DNA of 64,000 nt from a virus (taxonomy: Duplodnaviria > Caudoviricetes). The notes below the pieces were generated by a model. The model did not search any database. It saw only the letters and a program-made list of their open reading frames with translations, and had not been told where the DNA came from. The stretch lies in the IMG/VR virus record IMGVR_UViG_3300010348_001841; one strand, given 5' to 3'. Of this stretch, positions 10,158 to 19,846 are shown piece after piece (the stretch's first letter is position 1; every line of letters begins with the position of its first letter). Position numbers and translations under genes: made by a program.

Positions 10158-10355
10158 TTATTCCTTGATATCTATGGACGATTTTATCATTTGATCATCT
10201 TCCCAGAGGTCGATATGTGGACCATAGTAATAATGGTTATCATATCTATTCTCTAAGGTAGACAGTTTATCAAAGGCCTTTTTCTTATTGGTATAAACGC
10301 CCCTAACCCAATAACGACCGTCAGGATTTCTGTCTTCAATAACGTAGGTTTTCAT
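10158..10355 (-). CDS. hypothetical protein
   Basis: ORF in the minus-strand operon. Confidence 0.55.
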   Translation of the reverse strand: MKTYVIEDRNPDGRYWVRGVYTNKKKAFDKLSTLENRYDNHYYYGPHIDLWEDDQMIKSSIDIKE

Positions 10356-10364
10356 ATTTGCTGA

Positions 10365-10619
10365 TTAGTATTTCAAAAGTCGAATATACTTTACCGTGTC
10401 ACGGTTGATGGCCATATGACTGATTGGGAAGGTATCATGATTTTTATCGCCGTCGAGATGCTTCTCAATACTAACTAACCAATCAATTAGTTCATCTTCG
10501 TCGTCTCTATCATCGACGTCGTTCTCGGTAAATTTCAAAAACAACTCTTCGCCATCTTTGAACTTTATAAGATAATCATATCCCTGTAGGATTGCTGCGG
10601 TCTGATCTTGGGGTGTCAT
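10365..10619 (-). CDS. hypothetical protein
   Basis: ORF with RBS. Confidence 0.55.
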   Translation of the reverse strand: MTPQDQTAAILQGYDYLIKFKDGEELFLKFTENDVDDRDDEDELIDWLVSIEKHLDGDKNHDTFPISHMAINRDTVKYIRLLKY

Positions 10620-10636
10620 GTGTATCCCTGTGTAAA

Positions 10637-10707
10637 TGGCACCCCCGGAAGGATTCGAACCCTCTCTTTAGGCTTAGAAGACCCAAGTCACGTCCACGTG
10701 CGGGGGC
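10637..10707 (-). tRNA. tRNA-Arg(TCT), shortened D arm
   Basis: loop CTTCTAA; D arm CACG-TGGA-CGTG. Confidence 0.75.
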
Positions 10708-10808
10708 AAATATAGTTGCTGAATCGCTTTGCGTGACCTCTGCAGTGTATACAATAGTGAAACTGCTTTAGGTATCGATTCTATCACTCGCTTTGTAACA
10801 ACTAAATC

Positions 10809-10884
10809 TGGTGCGTCTTGTAGGAATCGAACCTACTACTTCTTCGATGTCAACGAAGCTATCTAACCGATGATATAAAGACGC
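10809..10884 (-). tRNA. tRNA-Val(GAC)
   Basis: cloverleaf, loop TTGACAT. Confidence 0.9.
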
Positions 10885-11273
10885 TAAATTCTTTTCTTAT
10901 TTCCCCAAGTGGGTGTCATCCTGTGACAATTAGGGCATAGAAATCTCCAATTAGATGGATAATTATTTTCATTATTCCCATCAATATGGTCAATGTCTAA
11001 ACTTATCTTTTCACCAAACCATGTATCGATATTACACCCAATAGTGGCACACTTGTAACCATCCCTCTCGGTCAAAAATCTTACAACCGAATCCCTGCCA
11101 CTTCTTAGAGAAAATTTACCACTTTGTATTTTCGGAACTGTTACCGTTCTATACCTATATTCCCACTGGCAGGTATAGTCACAATATTTATTCGTACTTT
11201 GATTACTCCATCGCTTTTCTTTATTACAATGGAGGCACCTAAAATATCTCTTTTCTCCGTACCTATTTGCCAT
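10884..11273 (-). CDS. HNH endonuclease
   Basis: DIDHIDGN...N-x-RFLCPNCH. Confidence 0.9.
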   Translation of the reverse strand: MANRYGEKRYFRCLHCNKEKRWSNQSTNKYCDYTCQWEYRYRTVTVPKIQSGKFSLRSGRDSVVRFLTERDGYKCATIGCNIDTWFGEKISLDIDHIDGNNENNYPSNWRFLCPNCHRMTPTWGNKKRI

Positions 11274-11292
11274 CTACCGCTGAAATAACGCC

Positions 11293-11523
11293 CTATTTTA
11301 TTCTATTAATCGGATATATATCTTTTACAAATTGATGATAGAATCTACCTTTTGAATTGGCATTTTTCCATCTATCAAAGAATGTACGCGAAACATTTGC
11401 AACATGATATTGTTTGCCGTTATTTAGACGCATAGTCAATATTCTGTTAGGCCTATTATAGACCAAGTCGGTGATCCACGAAGATTCAACCGGTGTTTCA
11501 CATAAAAATTCTTCTAATCGCAT
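11293..11523 (-). CDS. KTSC domain protein
   Basis: VESSWI...A-x-SKGRFY. Confidence 0.85.
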   Translation of the reverse strand: MRLEEFLCETPVESSWITDLVYNRPNRILTMRLNNGKQYHVANVSRTFFDRWKNANSKGRFYHQFVKDIYPINRIK

Positions 11524-11621
11524 TCACTATTTATCATGGATGCGTGGCAAGAATAAGTGGAATTAAGATTATCAATAAAACGATAAGCGCCTTTAAAATA
11601 AGCTTACCTAATTCTAATAAA

Positions 11622-12101
11622 TCACTTTTCCGCATTTCGTCTAACGTATTCCACAAACCTATATTTATAGAGTTCGTTAGATCCTTCAATTGTACTACTG
11701 ACCTGCCACTTTGTCAAGTCAATGTGCGGAAAAAATGTATCTGCAACAAAGCTGCCATCAACATGAGTAATCATTAATTTATCTGCACGGTCGATGGTCT
11801 GTTCATAAATCTGTGCTCCGCCAATCACTACAATTTCTGGATAACAGTAATCAATGGATAGTGCAGCATCGATATCTCTGGCGTAAATGACCCTGTTATC
11901 CGGTGGATTGCTAGAAACAACGATGCACTTACGACCAGGTAGTATTCTACCAATACTCTGAAAGGTTTTTCTGCCCATAACTACAACCTTGCCGGTTGTA
12001 TATTCTTTAAAGTGCTTTAAATCTTCCGGAATATGCCAAAGTAATTTATTATTCAGGCCAAGCTCATTATTTTGGCCAATGGCTGCAATGAGAGTTATCA
12101 T
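11622..12101 (-). CDS. folA: dihydrofolate reductase
   Basis: WHIPEDLKHFK, MGRKT, GGAQIY and DTFFP. Confidence 0.93.
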   Translation of the reverse strand: MITLIAAIGQNNELGLNNKLLWHIPEDLKHFKEYTTGKVVVMGRKTFQSIGRILPGRKCIVVSSNPPDNRVIYARDIDAALSIDYCYPEIVVIGGAQIYEQTIDRADKLMITHVDGSFVADTFFPHIDLTKWQVSSTIEGSNELYKYRFVEYVRRNAEK

Positions 12102-12304
12102 CTCGGCCAGCGAATATCTTCAGTGTCTTCAGCTTTCAGCTTACTAAGGATAAATTTCTTTGCAGGCCCAAGATTCTCAATCATTTCTCCTGGCTTACCC
12201 CTCGGCGATGTGCGACCACCGGAGTTTGTAAACCAATACATATTTCTTGCACGAACCACTAGCTCATCCAAGACATCTCTAGCTAATTTGCGATTCTGAT
12301 CCAT
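12098..12304 (-). CDS. hypothetical protein
   Basis: coupled ORF. Confidence 0.55.
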   Translation of the reverse strand: MDQNRKLARDVLDELVVRARNMYWFTNSGGRTSPRGKPGEMIENLGPAKKFILSKLKAEDTEDIRWPR

Positions 12305-12569
12305 CGATAATCTTCTTCAATTCTGTAAGATGTATATTTATCTGTGATAATTTTTGGTTAGCAGATTTTAACATTTCTGCCGTGGCCTCTATTGGGCTCA
12401 TACTAACTCGGTAGACATCGCATTCTAATTGCGTCAATCTCATTGAATTTCTATGTCTCACCGGTGCATTGTTGATTAGTTCATCGATGGCTTTCTGACG
12501 ACGGGCTTCGAATTCTTCAGGGTCTGTTTTATATAATTCGGCCCATTCGTCAAAATTAATTTCGGGCAT
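12279..12569 (-). CDS. DUF3135-like protein
   Basis: FDEWAELYKTDPEEFEARR. Confidence 0.65.
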   Translation of the reverse strand: MPEINFDEWAELYKTDPEEFEARRQKAIDELINNAPVRHRNSMRLTQLECDVYRVSMSPIEATAEMLKSANQKLSQINIHLTELKKIIDGSESQIS

Positions 12570-13108
12570 TATTTTTCCAAATTGATCAAGTCAATGATTT
12601 TTTCAACAGACTCTCGCCCACACTCAATTACATGGTAAGGGACCTGCTGTGAATCAAGCATCCCCTTAATTTCAACATCAAGTGCCTTTGCCTGTTCCTC
12701 TGTCTGAAATCGTCCCTTGGGATTATAGGGCTTATTTCGAACTAGAAATACATCAGTGTTATCATACATATTATATGCTTCTCGAATTGCAGTACGCAAT
12801 GAAGGAATCGGAAAATCCTTAGGCATATAAATCAATCCAAGGAACAATGGACAATCAGTTACGATTACATCGACGTCCTCTGCGCAGCGCCTCATTCTAA
12901 AATGCTGTTTGCCAAATAGGTATTCTTGTGCCTGAAACACCTTTGGTACTACCAGATGATTCTTACCAAATTCCCAGGCTTTATCTTTGGCATATTCCTG
13001 GATATATTCGCAATTTACACCACGAAATTTTAGTTCAGCAAAAACGGCCGCGGCAGTGGTTGATTTACCTGTGCCGGGGCCGCCATATAAATTGATAACT
13101 TTCGTCAT
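12569..13108 (-). CDS. P-loop kinase/ATPase (AAA_28/NadR-like)
   Basis: GGPGTGKST and EYAK; start moved to MTKVI. Confidence 0.8.
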   Translation of the reverse strand: MTKVINLYGGPGTGKSTTAAAVFAELKFRGVNCEYIQEYAKDKAWEFGKNHLVVPKVFQAQEYLFGKQHFRMRRCAEDVDVIVTDCPLFLGLIYMPKDFPIPSLRTAIREAYNMYDNTDVFLVRNKPYNPKGRFQTEEQAKALDVEIKGMLDSQQVPYHVIECGRESVEKIIDLINLEK

Positions 13109-13128
13109 TTCTGACCTTTCAAACAAAC

Positions 13129-13218
13129 TGGTGGAAGCGGTGAGATTCGAACTCACGGAACCATTTCTGATTCGCTAGTTTTCAAGACTAGAGCCTTCAG
13201 CCACTCGGCCACGCTTCC
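13129..13218 (-). tRNA. tRNA-Ser(TGA)
   Basis: loop CTTGAAA, long variable arm. Confidence 0.92.
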
Positions 13219-13222
13219 AATA

Positions 13223-13316
13223 TGGTAGGAGTACCCGGGCTCGAACCAGGATCGCGCACCTATCTAGTGCATACACAGGGTATAAGCCTGTCGCTCTACC
13301 ATTGAGCTATACTCCC
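13223..13316 (-). tRNA. tRNA-Ile(TAT) with long variable arm
   Basis: ACAGG-CTTATAC-CCTGT; about 23-nt variable region. Confidence 0.8.
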
Positions 13317-13471
13317 AAATTCTTACTTTCCGAATTTGACTTTCCACCATTCTTGTACCTTTGCTTGAACAATTTTTGCCCAGAAAGGTTGTGGAAAATT
13401 CCAACCAACAAATGCACCTACTGCAATCCAAAGAAGTGTATCTAACATAATTTTCTCCATTAGTGAGAAAA

Positions 13472-13756
13472 TTATTTATCTTTCTTTGTGGCGGCCTTAT
13501 TCCTTGCTATCTCTTCTTGAAATTTTACTCTATCGCCATTATTCTCAATAATCACATCTAGTTCATCAAGAGAAATTTCTCTGAACCGTCCGTCAAAAAA
13601 CTCCGATGATGGCCGATGCCATATTTTCTGTTCAAAGGGATAGATATGTTGGTAAACAATCCACTCAGTCTGATCAACAGTGCTAAGTGAGGTATGCTTC
13701 ATCTCATAGATGCCACCATAGCGGTGTTGGTAATATTTGCCTACTTCGACTGTCAT
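13472..13756 (-). CDS. DUF1653-like protein
   Basis: GKYYQHRYGGIY...WHRPSSEFF. Confidence 0.7.
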   Translation of the reverse strand: MTVEVGKYYQHRYGGIYEMKHTSLSTVDQTEWIVYQHIYPFEQKIWHRPSSEFFDGRFREISLDELDVIIENNGDRVKFQEEIARNKAATKKDK

Positions 13757-13959
13757 AGAGCCTCTACCCACTCGGACCAAAAATGCCAAATATAAGATTG
13801 ACTACCATTTGACCAAGTTATAACAATTGTAAAATCTTCGGGATCTTTTCCGCCACGAACTTTTTTCAATTCAGTAATTTCGCCAGATCTTTTAGTTACG
13901 GTTGAACGGACTGGATCACCAGTCCTCAATTGTTCCCACGGAACTTCATTTAGTAGCAT
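13753..13959 (-). CDS. hypothetical protein
   Basis: coupled ORF. Confidence 0.55.
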   Translation of the reverse strand: MLLNEVPWEQLRTGDPVRSTVTKRSGEITELKKVRGGKDPEDFTIVITWSNGSQSYIWHFWSEWVEAL

Positions 13960-14319
13960 TATTCATCCTTATACGGATAATTTGAGCAAGTGTGTGCTGA
14001 TCAATATGTTGTTTCCACAGATCTTTGGCAAACACAGGTGTTTCGAAAGGATCGTAGTGTTCTACCCTGACTAAACTAGCGTAAAGTTCGAGGAGATCAA
14101 AATTATCAAGATTCTTAATTTCTTCAAGTGTCATTAGAGAATTCTTTAGACATTTCTTCTGCTAAAGCTATTATTTCTTTATTGAGTTTTCTATACTCTT
14201 TTAGCTCTTCTTTATTCAAATCAGCTACTAATTCTCTGCCACAGAAAATATTATCCATAGCATCAAGATTTGATAATATCTGGCTATTCAAATCTTTTAT
14301 ACGTTCAACATTCATAATT

Positions 14320-14393
14320 TGGAGCGGGATGCGAGAATCGAACTCGCCACGTCTGCTTGGAAGGCAGTGGTTTTACCAATAAACTAATCCCGC
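14320..14393 (-). tRNA. tRNA-Gly(TCC)
   Basis: loop CTTCCAA, U73, CCA. Confidence 0.92.
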
Positions 14394-14670
14394 GTATTCA
14401 AAGAGTTACCCCATGAGCAATATCCACATCTCACCATTGAGGTGGTGCCCAGCGGGGGCATTCACTCATTCTGAGAATCTACTTAAAAGGCTGTAAATTC
14501 AAAGAGCAAATACGGACTATGATTTGCACATAGATTCACCGACTCCTACGGCTTTGGTTAGTGTATATACCTTTCGGTAGAGCCTAAGATCCTTTCAGGG
14601 GGAAATAGGATTCTATACCATGCTCTAATTTAGCAGCGAGCAGAGTCTGAAATCGCGTGCTGCTAAGTAA

Positions 14671-14907
14671 TTATCCTCGTTGACGAGCCAATTGCTCGGA
14701 ACGGATCATCTTTGCTTCATTCAGGAAAAACTTTGCCAAATCTTCCAATTCATCAACTGACATGAACATCTCATCGACGCCGCGAATTTCCTCAGGAACA
14801 TAATGGCGATCGAATTTGACATAAACTGATTGGGAATATTTGTCACTTTCGCGCACAGTGACTTCAGTTACAAAAGTGGGATTTGAATCTACACGAAGTG
14901 TGGACAT
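14671..14907 (-). CDS. hypothetical protein
   Basis: ORF with RBS. Confidence 0.6.
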   Translation of the reverse strand: MSTLRVDSNPTFVTEVTVRESDKYSQSVYVKFDRHYVPEEIRGVDEMFMSVDELEDLAKFFLNEAKMIRSEQLARQRG

Positions 14908-14908
14908 T

Positions 14909-15295
14909 TTATACCTTTCTTAATGTTCTACCATTTCCCCTGTTTTTAGCCTTATATGTCGGCGTCATACTATGACAATTTGGACATAAACAGCAGAGGT
15001 TTTCTCTTTTATTATTTCTAAAATTTCCGTCTATATGCTCAAGGTCTAGAACCAGTGGTTTTCCCATCCAAGTATCGTTTTTGCATTCCTTGCATTTATT
15101 ATTTTGTTCTTTCAGAATATAATTTTTTAACCAATTTGGTGTACCATTTCTGGATACTACCCCGGTCTTTAACCAATTATCGACCTTAATTTTATTTTGA
15201 AAGTCAATTTGGCATTGATTAGAACAATATTTGTTCAATTTTCTATAACTGTCTAATTTGCATTCTTTATGGCAATTTAAACAATTATATTTCAT
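14909..15295 (-). CDS. HNH endonuclease
   Basis: LEHIDGN...ENLCCLCPNCH; start moved to MKYNC. Confidence 0.9.
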   Translation of the reverse strand: MKYNCLNCHKECKLDSYRKLNKYCSNQCQIDFQNKIKVDNWLKTGVVSRNGTPNWLKNYILKEQNNKCKECKNDTWMGKPLVLDLEHIDGNFRNNKRENLCCLCPNCHSMTPTYKAKNRGNGRTLRKV

Positions 15296-15302
15296 ATATC
15301 TG

Positions 15303-15385
15303 TGGTGCTGGCGGTGAGACTCGAACTCACGTAGGTTTCCCGACGGCTTACAAAACCGTTGCAATTGCCGCTATGCGACGCCAGC
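15303..15385 (-). tRNA. tRNA-Thr(TGT) with extended variable arm
   Basis: loop TTTGTAA; variable region CGGGAAACCTA. Confidence 0.82.
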
Positions 15386-15671
15386 ATTATCCTTGACTGC
15401 AATATTTATGATTCTAGTGTAATATCTGTTGCTTTATTGGTCAACCTACCGCGCCATTTGAACCCAAAAAAGGACTTCTTCATACTTTTCATGTATGCTT
15501 TCCTGCGTGGGTTCCCATTTGGACCAATTTTACCATCTGGTAAACGGAATGCAGGCATACATGTACACCTATACATGCGACCGGCATGATCGGCCGTATG
15601 CCAATTCATTCCACGAATATAGGGTTCACTGCCACCGCAATAACGTGCAAAGGATAAACGATCGCCTTTTC

Positions 15672-16481
15672 TCATTTTATGCTGCAAACTTCCTTTTTAG
15701 CGGCAGAGACATTACGTGTAGCAGAGGGCCAAATTGACGATGCTTTACCCACCTTTTTTGGCATGGGAAATACTATTCCTGTGTCCTTTTGTACCTGAGC
15801 AACACTGGTCAAATATTTACTTAAACTACCGGACCCTGCCTCGTGTGTGAATTCAAATACTAATGCCTCTTGTGTCTTCGTGTCAATCAAAATCTTGAAG
15901 AAACCATGCGGAACAGTAACAAGATTTTTTCCAATTGTTTTATCTTGCTTTTGATTATAGATTGGTCCTGCATAGATAAGGAGTGTACTTTGACGACCAA
16001 CGGCCCAAGCACGAGTCTGATCCTCAAGCTTTTTCCAAATGCCACGATTAAATTCTGGTAATTGTGGAGTCATATTACTAAGGATGAAACTTTCTCTTGC
16101 TACATCCTGGTCCCAGGACATATCTGCCGAATTTGCAATGTGCCCTGTATCATATCCAGATTTTGCATAATCCGATAACTCGGCACGCTTATCAGTTGGG
16201 AGAGATCTATCAGACTTGAATGCACTCAGTCTTTTCTCACAGCCTGTAGCATGTTCGGGAGTAAGAATATATGCAACCCATTGCGGAATCTTAGCCTTAT
16301 TATCATGCTGAAGAAGATAAGCACGACGGCAAATAAGTGTGGTATCTTGCTTTTCAGTGGTAGGCATACCATATGGAATTTGTGCCTCACAGTGAGCAGG
16401 GTCAAGTGGTGCTGCCTGAGATTGGGCGTTTGCTGATACGGCAACCACCAACAGAAGAGACGAGATAAAATATTTGATCAT
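15672..16481 (-). CDS. secreted DNA/RNA non-specific endonuclease
   Basis: signal peptide; YDTGHIA, SNMTPQ and FNRGIW. Confidence 0.9.
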   Translation of the reverse strand: MIKYFISSLLLVVAVSANAQSQAAPLDPAHCEAQIPYGMPTTEKQDTTLICRRAYLLQHDNKAKIPQWVAYILTPEHATGCEKRLSAFKSDRSLPTDKRAELSDYAKSGYDTGHIANSADMSWDQDVARESFILSNMTPQLPEFNRGIWKKLEDQTRAWAVGRQSTLLIYAGPIYNQKQDKTIGKNLVTVPHGFFKILIDTKTQEALVFEFTHEAGSGSLSKYLTSVAQVQKDTGIVFPMPKKVGKASSIWPSATRNVSAAKKEVCSIK

Positions 16482-16529
16482 AAGAAAGCCCTTGCAATAA
16501 TATATGTATTTATCGCAAGGGCTGCAACC

Positions 16530-16603
16530 TGGAGCGGGTAGCGAGAATCGAACTCGCGAATAATCCTTGGCAAGGATTCAGGTTACCATTACATCATACC
16601 CGC
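16530..16603 (-). tRNA. tRNA-Gly(GCC)
   Basis: loop TTGCCAA. Confidence 0.92.
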
Positions 16604-16657
16604 ATACCGTTATTTATCAGTGGGGCAGTTTCTGCCCCACTTTTTCGTTACAACTTC

Positions 16658-18079
16658 TTAGAAATCGTAGCGAGTAACCATTACGGTTTTGAGCATAATG
16701 CTGATCGGAGTCATTTCTTCTCCACCAAGTACGCTCTTCACGATGCTTGGCGAGAATCCAGAAACCAAAGCTGCACCAGCCTTGTTGTAGGTAACTGGAG
16801 AGTTACCTGCACGTCCGTTAAGGTTCCAGAAAACAATCTGAGGAACCTTGTAGCCTGCGGCCGCATATTCCTTCTCGATCATCTCCATCGCACTAACGCT
16901 GATCTGGGTTCCGGCACCATAACGACCACCAGTAGAACCGGCAGTAATGCAGGTGTCGAATTCCATATCCGACATGATCAACAACTTGGTTGGCATGTCC
17001 TTTTCAGCGACCGCGTGTGACTTAGCAGCATTCAAGATCAACTTGAAAACAGCCTGAATATCGGTATTCATACCCCAATCAGAACGTGCCATTTGGTCGT
17101 AACGCTTACCCAAATCACCAGTCAACTTCAACATCTGTGGCGAACCAGAGAATGTGATGAACTGATCCTTGAATACGCCGCCCATACGTTCGGAAACATA
17201 CAGACCCAACGAAACAGCAACATCCAGAGCAGTTACGCTACCAGATACCTGGAAAGTCATCGAACCCGAAACGTCAACTACAGGCATGATGTTTTCATCA
17301 GAACCTTCCAAGTAGTTAGGCAAAGCCTTCCACTGTTCGATAGCAACCTGACGGTCACCATTAGTCAACGAACGAATTACGTCGTAAGGATATGCAACAG
17401 AAGCATTGATCTTGGCTTCGCCAGCGACCAACTTTTCCTTGTACTTTGCATAACCAGCAGGGTCATGCTTCAAGAAAGCCTTTTGGTAACGTGCGGCCGC
17501 AACCGAAGGAACGTGTGGGTACACAATTCCGGACCAGTCTTGAGCACACATCTTCTGTTCGACAGTGTTTGACAAACCAACCAACAGCTTACGATATTGC
17601 TTTGGAGTCAAACGCATATACGAACGGATCTTGTTCGCTTGTTCACCCTGACGTGGCATCCACTTAGCGCAAAGACCATCCTTCACATCGTTCAATGCGA
17701 AAGCAATCATACGAAGTACATCGCGCTCCAACTTCGAACCGAAGGCGATCAAAAGATCGTCCCAACGACCGATTTCAGGAACCTTGCTCAACAGACGTGC
17801 TGCAAGAGCAGGCTCGGTACGGATTAGGTAACCGAACAACTTACGGAAGGTTTCACGTTCGCCGGCGCCGCCGCGTGCGTCACGGGCCCATTGAAGGACA
17901 CGAACAGCAACTTCGGAATCTTCTGCAAGTGCAGCAGCAAAGGTGGCTGTAATATCCTTACCACGGCTTGCGCCTGCAAGGAAGAATAGGTCCACGTTCT
18001 TGTTCATGGACGAGACATTGGTCACAGCGCCGTTGGCTGTAGTACCAGATGCGTTTACTGCTTGAAATAGTGTGCTCAT
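16658..18079 (-). CDS. DUF2828 family protein (helical domain + vWA/MIDAS; Ro60/TROVE-like architecture)
   Basis: RDARGGAGER, GRWDDL, AKWMPR, DVSGSM, SDMEFD and FWNL; start moved to MSTLF. Confidence 0.85.
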   Translation of the reverse strand: MSTLFQAVNASGTTANGAVTNVSSMNKNVDLFFLAGASRGKDITATFAAALAEDSEVAVRVLQWARDARGGAGERETFRKLFGYLIRTEPALAARLLSKVPEIGRWDDLLIAFGSKLERDVLRMIAFALNDVKDGLCAKWMPRQGEQANKIRSYMRLTPKQYRKLLVGLSNTVEQKMCAQDWSGIVYPHVPSVAAARYQKAFLKHDPAGYAKYKEKLVAGEAKINASVAYPYDVIRSLTNGDRQVAIEQWKALPNYLEGSDENIMPVVDVSGSMTFQVSGSVTALDVAVSLGLYVSERMGGVFKDQFITFSGSPQMLKLTGDLGKRYDQMARSDWGMNTDIQAVFKLILNAAKSHAVAEKDMPTKLLIMSDMEFDTCITAGSTGGRYGAGTQISVSAMEMIEKEYAAAGYKVPQIVFWNLNGRAGNSPVTYNKAGAALVSGFSPSIVKSVLGGEEMTPISIMLKTVMVTRYDF

Positions 18080-18092
18080 ATTATTTTCCTTT

Positions 18093-18212
18093 ATCAGAAT
18101 CAACTTTTTAGTATGACCGCTGTCTTTACCACTTGACTACCTATGAAGGGCAGGATTCGAACCTGCGAATGGCGGTTTGGGTTACTGTTTTTGTTTGCGG
18201 AAATGATTCTTT
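18093..18212 (-). ncRNA. Y-like RNA A (YrlA-type permuted tRNA-like domain)
   Basis: AGAATCA/TGATTCT stem, CCGCAA, T arm, loop-closed acceptor, D arm. Confidence 0.85.
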
Positions 18213-18240
18213 ACGATTGCGACCATGCAAATCGAAAAAA

Positions 18241-18345
18241 GTCAGATTCGGTTTTGGCGAGTTTTTGCTTTCCCCTCCAGAAAGGTTCTCAGTTTGCCGA
18301 AGCTCCCTGATTCATTATAATTTTTGATTGCTGTACCGAATCTTT
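18241..18345 (-). ncRNA. Y-like RNA B
   Basis: AGATTCGG/CCGAATCT stem, CAGCAA. Confidence 0.75.
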
Positions 18346-18412
18346 AGTACATGTTTTGTAGTTTACAGTCCTTTTTGATTTTAGTCAATCAAAACCACAA
18401 CCTACTTAATAA

Positions 18413-18635
18413 AACAGAGTGGTGTAAGGGACAATATTTTCTCCAGTTACCCGGGTACCGATATTGCTAAGAGAGCCTTACCTCTCGTTCGAACCTTTTA
18501 CATCGTCCTAGGATGTTTGTCTGTAGCATACACCTTTCGATGCATGAGCTATCGGGCTTTCGCCCTTGTGATAGGTTCCTCAACAGACTAGTCCATGACC
18601 TTTCGGCCTGAATTGGCTTGCAGTATCCACTCTTT
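18413..18635 (-). ncRNA. Y-like RNA C (large cargo with GAAA tetraloops)
   Basis: AGAGTGG/CCACTCT stem, CTGCAA. Confidence 0.75.
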
Positions 18636-18654
18636 AGTAATCTCTACAAGGAGT

Positions 18655-18683
18655 ATTATGTAGTATTTTATTTAGTTTGTCAA
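18655..18683 (-). promoter_or_regulatory. sigma70-type promoter of the Y-like RNA/DUF2828 operon
   Basis: TTGACA-17-CATAAT. Confidence 0.8.
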
Positions 18684-18722
18684 CCACGATCCAGTGCGGA
18701 AATGGTATAAAAATGACGGGTT

Positions 18723-19445
18723 TTATTTCTTATATGCAGGATGCATATTCTGCAATTCTTTATTAAGAAAATCAACACCGCGTTTTAGAAGACGTTTATA
18801 ATCCTTTGATGCTGTCTTCTCTGGGAATAGTTCAGCAATATGAAAATTTTCCATATTTCTCTTGAATGCATCTTCTACATAAGATTTAGCTTTGGTTGCA
18901 TCCATGTTCTTTGCTCTGGAGACTGCTGCTGTCACAGCATGCATAACCTGCAGAAATCTTGCATTTATTTCGGCCGGCTGAGCAATATATTCCAACCTGC
19001 TCGCATAAGGATCATTCTGTAGATTTCTAAATTGTTTATTCTTAGGAGTAGCGTATCGCTTACTAGAACTTGCCTTGAATCCAGATTTGAAATCATCCAG
19101 TGCGTGGCGTAACTCATGACTAATGGTAGTCTTGAGATAGTTTGATTGAAGGTAATCACTATTCAGCACAATATCTCTATCGCCGGGTTCCCAGAGACCC
19201 AGGCTGGTTTTTCCTTCCTCTGTGCCGAGATATTCCCTCATTCTTTCATTGTTCATTAAAACAATACCAACCTCATCTAGAATGTTGAGAGGTGTGTTGA
19301 ATAGCTCACCGATCTTACCAACATGTATTTCACTCTCCTCTGTGCCGTTATATTTTTTTAGGTAATCATAAATGGCGGAAGACAGAGAAATAATTGCTCT
19401 GTCTTCTTCAGTGGTTTCACGGAGGAATAATTCTACCAATCTCAT
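18723..19445 (-). CDS. HExxH metallopeptidase-like protein
   Basis: HELRH; N-terminal MRLVELF. Confidence 0.65.
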   Translation of the reverse strand: MRLVELFLRETTEEDRAIISLSSAIYDYLKKYNGTEESEIHVGKIGELFNTPLNILDEVGIVLMNNERMREYLGTEEGKTSLGLWEPGDRDIVLNSDYLQSNYLKTTISHELRHALDDFKSGFKASSSKRYATPKNKQFRNLQNDPYASRLEYIAQPAEINARFLQVMHAVTAAVSRAKNMDATKAKSYVEDAFKRNMENFHIAELFPEKTASKDYKRLLKRGVDFLNKELQNMHPAYKK

Positions 19446-19477
19446 AGTGCATCCTTAGATGCACTATTTATCAAAAT

Positions 19478-19840
19478 TTATTGAACTGCGCGACCAGCCA
19501 GGATATCAAATTCACTTGGGCGAAGTCCCCGTGCAATCATTATATCCGTTCTTTCTTGTTGTGATTTTGTCTTCCATTCCTCAATGGCTTCTCTACTACC
19601 AAATGCTTCGCCCGGCATATATTGCCCTAACCATTTTGCTAGATTTCTAAGGCCCTTTGTTGTCCAGAAAGCATCTGCCTTACTAAGAGCCATAATGAAG
19701 TCATTTTCTAGAACAGAGGTAATAAAACCACCGGGAGGAAGGCCATATGCCAGATAATTCCAAAGTGTCTCTTGTGTAAGATCGGAAATATCTGGATAAT
19801 GAGAAAATGTCTCTTTAAAGACCGGATGAATTTTTCGCAT
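19478..19840 (-). CDS. hypothetical protein
   Basis: GLPPGGFITSVLEND. Confidence 0.65.
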   Translation of the reverse strand: MRKIHPVFKETFSHYPDISDLTQETLWNYLAYGLPPGGFITSVLENDFIMALSKADAFWTTKGLRNLAKWLGQYMPGEAFGSREAIEEWKTKSQQERTDIMIARGLRPSEFDILAGRAVQ

Positions 19841-19846
19841 AGTTAT

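Noticed and set aside
10712-10732. CAGCAA here and at about 48036 and 56755 as extra Y-like members
   Set aside because: They lack the RGRNT start 10 nt upstream and the complementary strand.
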